Shown here piece by piece: positions 7,071-14,600 of a stretch of DNA of 21,488 nt. Made by a program: the position numbers and the translations under genes. This DNA comes from Bdellovibrionota bacterium (GTDB lineage: Bacteria > Bdellovibrionota_C > UBA2361). Below the pieces are notes generated by a model. It ran no database searches, was not told the origin of the DNA, and worked only from the letters and a program-made list of their open reading frames with translations. The stretch lies in NCBI GenBank assembly GCA_044352465.1, contig JBILDU010000050.1, positions 1 through 21,488 on the forward strand, given 5' to 3'. Each line of letters opens with the position of its first letter. The stretch's first letter is position 1.

Positions 7071-8873
7071 GTGTCTCGAGAAAATATCCGTAATTTCAGC
7101 ATCATTGCCCATATCGACCACGGGAAGTCGACCCTTGCCGATCGGATCCTGGAGTTTACGAAAGCGCTTGAAAAGCGCGAGATGCAGGAGCAGTTCCTCG
7201 ACAAGCTCGAGTTGGAGCGGGAACGGGGAATTACGATTAAGGCGCAGACGGTGCGGTTGAGTTACACCGCCAAAGACGGGAAGACTTACGCACTTAATCT
7301 TATCGATACTCCCGGTCACGTCGATTTTCATTACGAGGTATCGCGGAGCCTCGCGGCGTGTGAGGGGGCTCTTCTGGTGGTTGATGCGTCGCAAGGAGTT
7401 GAAGCGCAGACCCTCGCTAACGTGTACGTGGCGATTGAGAATAACCTCGAGATAGTTCCGGTTATCAACAAGATTGATCTTCCCAGCGCGGATCCGGACC
7501 GGGTGAAGAAAGAGATCGAAGATGTCATCGGTCTCGATGCCAAAGATGCTGCGCTTATCAGCGCCAAGACCGGCATCGGTATCGAAGGCGTATTGGAGGC
7601 GATCGTTCATAAGGTTCCGCCGCCCACCCGCGGGGATCCGCACGGCCCGCTACGGGCGCTCGTGTACGATTCGTGGTTCGACGCGTATCTGGGAGTCGTC
7701 GTGCAGATCCGGGTGTTCGATGGATCGATAAAGTCCGGCGACAAGATTAAGTTTCTAAGCACACGAGCGGAGTATGAGGTCTATAAAGCCGGCGTATTCA
7801 CCCCACATCCGCGTGAAGTCGTCAGTATTGAGTCGGGGGAGGCGGGGTACTTCTCGGCCTCGATCAAGAATCTCCACGATGTAAAGATCGGGGATACGGT
7901 TGCGCTTGCTCGAGACGAAAAGGTCGAGCCACTACCTGGATTCGTCGAAGTGAAGCCGGTGGTGTTCGGTGGCCTCTTCCCTGTCGATTCCGCTGATTAC
8001 GGCAATCTACGCGCAGCGCTGGAGAAGTTGAGCTTGAACGACGCGTCGTTTACCTTCGAAGCTGAAACATCGGCAGCTCTGGGGTTCGGTTTCCGTTGCG
8101 GTTACTTGGGCCTCCTCCACATGGAGATCATTCAGGAGCGGCTCGAGCGCGAGTTCGAACTCGATCTTATTACCACGGCTCCGACCGTCGTCTACAAGGT
8201 TCAGCTTAACGATAAGTCGACGGTGTTAGTCGATAATCCTACGAAGCTCCCCGCCACGCAGTACATCGAGCACATCGAGGAGCCGGTCGTCTCTGCCACG
8301 ATTCATTGCCCTACGGATTATGTGGGCAACGTCTTTAAGTTATGCGAAGAGAAGCGCGGGCGACAGATTTCGATGTCGATCCACTCGCAAAATCGAGCGA
8401 TGATCGTTTATGAATTGCCGCTGAACGAGATCGTGCTCGACTTCCACGATCGTTTGAAGAGCATGACGAAGGGGTACGCGTCTTTTGACTACGAGGTGAA
8501 TGGGTATCAGATATCCGACCTCGTGAAGCTTGATATTAAGCTCAACGGCGAGCCGGTGGATGCCCTCGGTATCATCGTTCACCGTGACAAGGCGTATGGG
8601 CGGGGAAAGGAGCTCACCGAGAAGCTCTCTGAACTGATCGACCGGCAGATGTTCGAGATTGCGATTCAAGCCGCGATCGGTGGCAAAGTCATCGCTCGCT
8701 CCACGGTGAAGGCGCTCCGCAAGAACGTTACGGCGAAGTGTTACGGCGGTGACATCTCACGGAAGCGCAAGCTCCTCGAGAAGCAGAAAGAGGGCAAGAA
8801 GCGGATGAAGCAGGTGGGTTCCGTCTCCATTCCCCAAGAGGCATTCCTCGCGGTATTGAAGATCGAGAGTTAA
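7071..8873 (+). CDS. lepA: Elongation factor 4 (LepA)
   Basis: [92 protein letters not shown] start. Confidence 0.99.
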   Translation: MSRENIRNFSIIAHIDHGKSTLADRILEFTKALEKREMQEQFLDKLELERERGITIKAQTVRLSYTAKDGKTYALNLIDTPGHVDFHYEVSRSLAACEGALLVVDASQGVEAQTLANVYVAIENNLEIVPVINKIDLPSADPDRVKKEIEDVIGLDAKDAALISAKTGIGIEGVLEAIVHKVPPPTRGDPHGPLRALVYDSWFDAYLGVVVQIRVFDGSIKSGDKIKFLSTRAEYEVYKAGVFTPHPREVVSIESGEAGYFSASIKNLHDVKIGDTVALARDEKVEPLPGFVEVKPVVFGGLFPVDSADYGNLRAALEKLSLNDASFTFEAETSAALGFGFRCGYLGLLHMEIIQERLEREFELDLITTAPTVVYKVQLNDKSTVLVDNPTKLPATQYIEHIEEPVVSATIHCPTDYVGNVFKLCEEKRGRQISMSIHSQNRAMIVYELPLNEIVLDFHDRLKSMTKGYASFDYEVNGYQISDLVKLDIKLNGEPVDALGIIVHRDKAYGRGKELTEKLSELIDRQMFEIAIQAAIGGKVIARSTVKALRKNVTAKCYGGDISRKRKLLEKQKEGKKRMKQVGSVSIPQEAFLAVLKIES

Positions 8874-8967
8874 CCTCTGCCCCCTGCGCCGATTGAGTTT
8901 CTGACGCGTTCGCTGGCCCTGCAAATAGCCTGTTTCTCTTCTGAGCTGCCCTCAGTAAACTAGAGGG

Positions 8968-10191
8968 ATGAAATCCCCTCTGCCTCAATGGCTTTCGCGA
9001 CTCACGTCCTCGCTCGAGCGGAGCGAGCGGTTCTGTTTGGGGCTTATGTCGGGCACCAGTGCGAACGGGATCGATGTCGCCATCTGCCGACTCACGGGGA
9101 CCGTGGAGCATGGTACGACCGGGGTCGAGCTTCTTCACGCCGACGTCTGTGAGTATCCGGCTGCGCTGCGGGAGCGGATCCAGGGCGGTGTCGGTGCGCT
9201 TAACCCTCAAGGTGTGGCAGAGCTTCACGCTGCCGTTGGGGAGTCATTTGCCGATGCTGCCCAGTATGCGCTGAAAGCTGCCAAGATTAAAGCCATCGAA
9301 CTTGATGTCGTTGGGTCTCACGGCCAGACGGTGTATCACCACAGCCGTCGCGCCGGTGTGGCGCGGGTAACGCTTCAGCTCGGCGATGGTGATCGTATCG
9401 CCGCGCGGCTCGGAGCGCCGGTATTTTTTGATTTTCGTGCACGCGACGTCGCTCTCGGAGGGGAGGGCGCTCCACTGACTCCGTTTACCGACGGCATACT
9501 TTACGGCGGGCAAGCGGGACGCGCGGTGCTGAATCTCGGTGGGATCGCCAACCTAACCTTCCTCGCAACGGAGCGTGATCGCATCACCGGTTTCGATGTG
9601 GGGCCAGCCAATGCGCCGCTTGATCGAATTGCGCGCAGGTTAACGAACGGGCAGGCCTCGTTTGATCGTGATGGGGCGCTCGCCCGTAAGGGGACGGTGG
9701 TACAGCCACTTTTTGATCAACTCATCGCCACCGATGAATTTGTGAAGATGTCTCCGCCGAAATCGACCGGTTTCGAGGCGTACGGTGATGACTTTGTTGA
9801 GGGGCTGGCGCAGCGGTATGGCGGCCCGCTCGATGTCCACGTGCTCCGCACCGTGATCGAATTCGAGGCGTGGGCGATTGCGGAGGCACTCATCCACTAT
9901 GCTCCGCCGGGAGGGGGGGCAATCACCGAGCTTGTGGTTGCTGGTGGGGGAACGGAAAATCCGGTGCTCATGGAGGCGCTCGCCGCGCGCTGCGGTGCGC
10001 GCGGTGTCGTGCTACGGCGCTCCGAGGATTTCAAGATTCCAAGTGCGGCGCGTGAGGCTGTCGCTTTCGCCGTTTTAGGTCACGAGGCGCTCCTCGGGCG
10101 GCAAAGCTCATTGCCGCGCGTCACTGGTGCCCGGCATGGGGCTATTCTTGGGAAGCTGTGCCTTCCGCCGCTCAGGGGAGGCGCGGCATGA
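8968..10191 (+). CDS. anmK: Anhydro-N-acetylmuramic acid kinase
   Basis: GLMSGTSxxGID, VGSHGQTVYH, DFRARDVALGGEGAPL, LNLGGIANLT, GFDVGPAN, PPKSTG, AGGG..N, REAVAFA. Confidence 0.94.
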   Translation: MKSPLPQWLSRLTSSLERSERFCLGLMSGTSANGIDVAICRLTGTVEHGTTGVELLHADVCEYPAALRERIQGGVGALNPQGVAELHAAVGESFADAAQYALKAAKIKAIELDVVGSHGQTVYHHSRRAGVARVTLQLGDGDRIAARLGAPVFFDFRARDVALGGEGAPLTPFTDGILYGGQAGRAVLNLGGIANLTFLATERDRITGFDVGPANAPLDRIARRLTNGQASFDRDGALARKGTVVQPLFDQLIATDEFVKMSPPKSTGFEAYGDDFVEGLAQRYGGPLDVHVLRTVIEFEAWAIAEALIHYAPPGGGAITELVVAGGGTENPVLMEALAARCGARGVVLRRSEDFKIPSAAREAVAFAVLGHEALLGRQSSLPRVTGARHGAILGKLCLPPLRGGAA

Positions 10192-10940
10192 CGTCTCCCC
10201 GTGTGTTCGAGCAAATGCCCCGCCGGCTCTACGCGGTTGGGGATATCCATGGTTGCGCGGATGAGCTCGCGGTGATGCTGCGGTATCTCAAAGAGGTTGC
10301 GGGGCTTGAAGGCAACGACACCGTCGTTTTTATGGGCGACTATGTTGATCGAGGCCCCGCGAGCCGAGCGGTCGTTGATCTTTTGCTCGAGTTTCAACGT
10401 GAGTTCCCGGGAACCTTGTTTTTGCGGGGTAATCATGAAGATATGCTGCTGGGCTTCCTCGGTCATCCTGGCAGCATGGGGCGAATCTTCCTCGAAAACG
10501 GTGGCGTTGAAACAGCGCAGAGCTACGGGCTGAAAGCTCCGCGAGGTGTGCCGATTGCGGTCGACCAGTTCCAACAGGTGATACCGGCGCGGCATCTCTC
10601 CTTTTTCTTGAATCTCGAGCGCTATCTTGTTTTTCCGAAGTTTATCTTTGCTCATGCGGGGCTCAACCCCGAGCGTGATCTTCTACATCAGGTCGGAGAG
10701 GACCTTTTTTGGATTCGCGATCCGTTCATTAACAACATTCATCGATTCGAACGGGTGGTCGTATTCGGTCACACGCCCTATGAGGACGTCCTTTTTCATC
10801 TGCCCTACAAAATCGGTATCGATACCGGCCTTGTGTACGGCAATATGCTGACCGCGGTTGAGCTCGTTCATGGGCACGTCTTTCAGGTCAAGCGGAGCGG
10901 TGAGAAGGTGAGCGTGTCCACTTTTTCCGAAGCCCGATGA
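10188..10940 (+). CDS. PPP-family metallophosphoesterase (Ser/Thr phosphatase, PrpA/ApaH-like)
   Basis: ATGA overlap with the anmK stop and a GGGGAGG RBS at 10175-10181. Motifs GDIHG, GDYVDRG, LRGNHE, HAG, FGHT, IDTG. Confidence 0.92.
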   Translation: MTSPRVFEQMPRRLYAVGDIHGCADELAVMLRYLKEVAGLEGNDTVVFMGDYVDRGPASRAVVDLLLEFQREFPGTLFLRGNHEDMLLGFLGHPGSMGRIFLENGGVETAQSYGLKAPRGVPIAVDQFQQVIPARHLSFFLNLERYLVFPKFIFAHAGLNPERDLLHQVGEDLFWIRDPFINNIHRFERVVVFGHTPYEDVLFHLPYKIGIDTGLVYGNMLTAVELVHGHVFQVKRSGEKVSVSTFSEAR

Positions 10941-12051
10941 GTCCGCGGAGAAGGGCGAGGAGAGTCGCGACGCACAACGCGCCCAGGGCCATATTCAGAT
11001 CTCCGAGTGTCGGCGCAGGGGCGCGGCTCGGGAGATGGGCAAGGCTCCGCCCCCCTGACTCGACCGCATGGCGGTACCGCTCAAGGGCCCGACCACTCGT
11101 CAGACTCGTTTGGCCGTACAATCCATATTCCACCGCGAGGCGCTCGGCGTGAAGCGCCGCGGGACTCGTCGCTGTTCGGGGGGGATCCGCGAGGATCGCC
11201 CCACCGCGTTTGAGAACGGCGGCGGCCTCACTGGGGTGGGGCTGAAGCTGCGCTTCCCGTATGAGTTCACGCAGCGCGACCATGAAATCGAAGCTGCCCC
11301 GTAGTCGGCCGATGAGAGGGCGCTCCTTGAAAGCCAGGTGAAAATCGGTGAGGAGCTCTAGTTGGCGGGGGAGTGGGTCGGGGGCCATCAGGGCCGAGTT
11401 CGTCCGATCGAGTCGACCACCCCGTAGGGTAACCGATTTTCCAGATATCGTTTTGACGAAGAGCGCATCGAGTACCCCGATCGCTTCATCGACGATTCCC
11501 ACGAGTTCCCCGCGAGCATTCAGGATCGGCGACCCGCTATTACCGGGGCCCCCGGTGAGGGTTGTTTCGAGGTGCAACGGGTCAGCTGAGGTCAGGTTGC
11601 CGTGGGTGACCGTCAGCTCGCCACACCGCGGGAATCCGATGGTCGTCAGCGCCTCTCCGCGCTCTATCGATTCCCCTACAGCGATCGTCCCCGGGGGTAG
11701 TCCGACATCCAGAAAACCGACATCGAGAGCTGGCAACGTTGCGGCGATGACGGGTTTTTGGGGAGGGCCGAAGGGCTGTGGCTTTTGACCGATCGAAACA
11801 CCGCGGGCGAGCTGAAGCCCGGCGCAGTCGTCCGCGGGACATACCGAACGGATAATATGCAGGTTAGTCGCGATGTAGCCCCGTGGATCGATAAAACCGC
11901 TCCCACAGACGCTGCGTTCAAGAGAGGCGAGGCGAACCATCGCGGTGGGGTCTATCAAGGAGAGGGTGGATGGGGGCGGTTGGATCGGTTCCGCCCGGGC
12001 GCTTATCCCGAAAAAAGTTGATAAAACAAGCGCTCCAACAGTATGCTTCAT
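10888..12051 (-). CDS. Secreted trypsin-like (S1) serine protease with C-terminal extension and membrane anchor
   Basis: Signal-peptide-like MKHTVGALVLSTFFGISARA. Triad motifs CGSGF..YIATNLH (His), LDVGFL (Asp), GPGNSGSP (Ser). C-terminal hydrophobic helix followed by a basic tail. Start 12051 is preferred over 12111 because of the signal peptide. Confidence 0.8.
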   Translation of the reverse strand: MKHTVGALVLSTFFGISARAEPIQPPPSTLSLIDPTAMVRLASLERSVCGSGFIDPRGYIATNLHIIRSVCPADDCAGLQLARGVSIGQKPQPFGPPQKPVIAATLPALDVGFLDVGLPPGTIAVGESIERGEALTTIGFPRCGELTVTHGNLTSADPLHLETTLTGGPGNSGSPILNARGELVGIVDEAIGVLDALFVKTISGKSVTLRGGRLDRTNSALMAPDPLPRQLELLTDFHLAFKERPLIGRLRGSFDFMVALRELIREAQLQPHPSEAAAVLKRGGAILADPPRTATSPAALHAERLAVEYGLYGQTSLTSGRALERYRHAVESGGRSLAHLPSRAPAPTLGDLNMALGALCVATLLALLRGLIGLRKKWTRSPSHRSA

Positions 12052-12162
12052 AGCGGTTCGAACCGTGTATCCCCGTGCGGTATCTTGGCTTACGGGATCG
12101 TTTCTTCGCAAGAGCGCAGAAAGACGAGTCGAGAAACGAAAGAAAGATTCAGGAGTTTGTTC

Positions 12163-13566
12163 ATGGAAAAGCCCAACGTTGGAATGGTCGGTCTGGCCGT
12201 GATGGGATCGAATCTGATTCAGAATATTGAGAGCCGCGGCTATCCGTGTGCGGTGTATAACCGGAGTTGGGATGTCACCGCTCAGTTCATGGAGAAGGTC
12301 CAGGGACGACGGTTCGTCGCGGGGAAAACTTTGGAGGAGTTCGTCGGGAGCATGGCGTCGCCCCGGCAGATCTTTATCATGATTAAAGCGGGGCCCGCCG
12401 TCGATGCGGTGATCGAGAGCCTCCTACCGCTCCTGAGTAAAGGCGACATTATCATCGATGGGGGGAACACTTATTTCACCGATACCCAGCGCCGGGAGAA
12501 GCGGTGCAAAGAGGCGGGGATCAATTTCCTCGGCGTGGGGATCTCCGGGGGCGAGGAAGGAGCGCTCAAAGGCCCCAGCTTAATGCCTGGTGGGCCGTAC
12601 GATGCGTGGAAGATCATGGCTCCGATGTTTGAAAAGATCGCGGCCCAGGTTGATGGTCCGTGCACGGCCTACGTTGGGCCCGACGGAGCCGGTCACTTCG
12701 TTAAAATGGTGCATAATGGTATCGAGTACGGCGATATGCAGCTTATCGCGGAGGCCTACGATATTCTGCGGCGTACCCTTCACTGTCAGCCGGAGGAGCT
12801 GGCGGGGATCTTCGATCGATGGAACGGCGGTGTTTTGTCGTCATACCTTATCGAGATCACTGCGAAGGTCTTTCGACGGCGGGATGACGAGGGGGCGGGA
12901 TATCTCGTCGATAAGATCCTCGATGCGGCAGCTCAAAAGGGAACGGGGAAGTGGACGGCGCAGCTCGCGCTCGACCTCGGCGTGGCGATCCCAGCGCTCT
13001 CGGCGGCTGTCGATGCGCGCATATTGAGCTCGATTAAGTTGGAGCGGGCAGCGGCGGCCAAGGTTTTTGCCGCGCCGCCTGTGGGCGACTTTGCGGGAGA
13101 TCGTGCGGCGCTCATCGGGGCGGTGCACGATGCGCTCTATTGCTCCAAGATCATGTCATATGCACAGGGCATGGCGATGCTCGCGGCCGCTTCGGTGGAG
13201 CACAAGTGGGATTTGAAGCTTCACGAGATCGCCGCGTTGTGGAAGGGTGGTTGTATTATTCGAGCCAAGTTTCTTGATGAGATTCGCCGAGCCTATCGAA
13301 ACGAGCCGGGGCTGAAAAATCTGATCCTCGATCCGACGATGAAGGCAGAGGTCGAACGGACCGTGCCCAGCCTGCGAAAGGTCGTGGCGATGGCGGCGGA
13401 GCGGGGTATCCCAACGCTCGCTTTTAGCTCCTCGCTGGCCTACTTCGATAGCTACCGCAGCGCCGAGTTGCCCCAGAACCTTACCCAGGCCCAACGAGAC
13501 TTCTTCGGTGCCCATACCTTTGAACGCAAGGATAAGGCTGGGGCTTTTCACGCACAGTGGGAGTAA
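12163..13566 (+). CDS. gnd: 6-phosphogluconate dehydrogenase, decarboxylating, NADP-dependent type
   Basis: AGGAG RBS at 12151-12155. Motifs GLAVMG, YNRS, IIDGGN, GISGGEEGAL.GPSLMPGG, GHFVKMVHNGIEYGDMQ, KGTGKWT, GCIIRA, QAQRDFFGAHTF. Confidence 0.98.
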   Translation: MEKPNVGMVGLAVMGSNLIQNIESRGYPCAVYNRSWDVTAQFMEKVQGRRFVAGKTLEEFVGSMASPRQIFIMIKAGPAVDAVIESLLPLLSKGDIIIDGGNTYFTDTQRREKRCKEAGINFLGVGISGGEEGALKGPSLMPGGPYDAWKIMAPMFEKIAAQVDGPCTAYVGPDGAGHFVKMVHNGIEYGDMQLIAEAYDILRRTLHCQPEELAGIFDRWNGGVLSSYLIEITAKVFRRRDDEGAGYLVDKILDAAAQKGTGKWTAQLALDLGVAIPALSAAVDARILSSIKLERAAAAKVFAAPPVGDFAGDRAALIGAVHDALYCSKIMSYAQGMAMLAAASVEHKWDLKLHEIAALWKGGCIIRAKFLDEIRRAYRNEPGLKNLILDPTMKAEVERTVPSLRKVVAMAAERGIPTLAFSSSLAYFDSYRSAELPQNLTQAQRDFFGAHTFERKDKAGAFHAQWE

Positions 13567-13583
13567 CTCAGGCCGAGGGAGTA

Positions 13584-13610
13584 AGCAGGGGGGCTTTTCC
13601 CCCTGTTCGT
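13584..13610 (+). terminator. Hairpin after gnd, possible terminator
   Basis: AGCAGGGGGG-CTTT-TCCCCCTGTT, starting 18 nt after the stop. The U-tract is weak. Confidence 0.5.
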
Positions 13611-13835
13611 GCGGCGACCGGAAAGTTTTTTCATCTGCGAGCTGCCCCGGTGCCCGCTCGCTAAGCCTCTGGCAGGTAAAAAACTTACTGAACGGGGTGT
13701 CGAGTTCCGGCTCGTTCAGCGAGGGGAGGGTGATTTTTCGCGGCGCCACAGGCTTGTGAGTCGGCCCTAGCGGCCTGGGGGCGGCAAGTGCCTGTATCAA
13801 GGGCCTTATTTCGGGGTGGCACTCCTGGTGCTTTG

Positions 13836-13864
13836 TTGCAGTTACCGCTCAATCGTGCTATCCA
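13836..13864 (+). promoter_or_regulatory. Putative promoter of the rimP-nusA-infB operon
   Basis: TTGCAG (13836-13841), 17-nt spacer, then TATCCA (13859-13864) with a TG extended -10 motif. The -10 match is imperfect. Confidence 0.35.
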
Positions 13865-14055
13865 ATTGATGTTTCTTTTGCCTTTCTCCTCTCGCTTTAA
13901 CCGTCCGGTTGGAGCGAACTTAGGGCGGGTTCTCCGCTCTATCCGGTGAGTCACCTGGAAAATGTTTTCAGGTAGCTTTCGTCTCATGGGCTTCGCCTGT
14001 GCGACGTGTTGGGTTTGTGTTGTTTGCGACCCAGAGCTGGGTGAGGAGCGGTGAT

Positions 14056-14595
14056 GTGGGAGGGAGTGTGGAGCGCGGTGTCGTCGGGAGCGTCGGTTCG
14101 CAGCGTGATACCTTGTGGGGTGTCATCGAGGGGATCGTGCGCGAGGCGGGGCTAGAGCTTTTCGATCTCGAGGCTCCGCCAAGTGGGCGGGGGACCTTGC
14201 GGGTGTTCATTTGGCGCCCGCACGGCGAGGACTCCCACCTGAAGGGAGTCGGGATCGAGGATTGTGTTCGCATAAGCAAACGCATCACAAACCTTGAAAA
14301 CGTTGACGAGGTTCTGCCGGGAGATTGGCTCATCGAGGTTTCAAGTCCCGGAGTGAATCGAAAGCTCTCGCGGTCCGAGCATTTTGGTGGTGCTGTGGGA
14401 GAGCGAGTAAAGTTGACGGTCGCGACTCCGGGGGGCAAGAGCGAAGTTCTGAAAGGAGTGCTCGTTGGTTTTGACGGTACGGTCGTGCAGATCGACGTTG
14501 AAGCCGAGCAAGCCAAAGCTCCTGCGGTCCGTCGGGCGGTTCCGCTGGGGGAGATAACTCAAGCCCGAGTAGATTTTTTATTTAGTGAGCGGTGA
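14056..14595 (+). CDS. rimP: Ribosome maturation factor RimP
   Basis: GLELFDLE, LRVFI, GIEDC..IS, IEVSSPGVNRKL....F. First gene before nusA. GTG 14056 follows AGGAG (14044-14048); GTG 14068 is an alternative start. Confidence 0.92.
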   Translation: MGGSVERGVVGSVGSQRDTLWGVIEGIVREAGLELFDLEAPPSGRGTLRVFIWRPHGEDSHLKGVGIEDCVRISKRITNLENVDEVLPGDWLIEVSSPGVNRKLSRSEHFGGAVGERVKLTVATPGGKSEVLKGVLVGFDGTVVQIDVEAEQAKAPAVRRAVPLGEITQARVDFLFSER

Positions 14596-14600
14596 ATACT

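Noticed and set aside
7008..7643. 211-aa minus-strand ORF opposite lepA, and similar ORFs opposite gnd (13156-13800), rimP and infB
   Set aside because: Antisense shadows of conserved genes, with no independent coding evidence.
12043..12162. Longer N-termini in the ORF track for gnd (12043), and likewise rsmH (1804), the phosphatase (10158), FKBP (6318) and rimP (13999)
   Set aside because: Downstream starts have better RBS placement or stop/start coupling and match where family homology begins.
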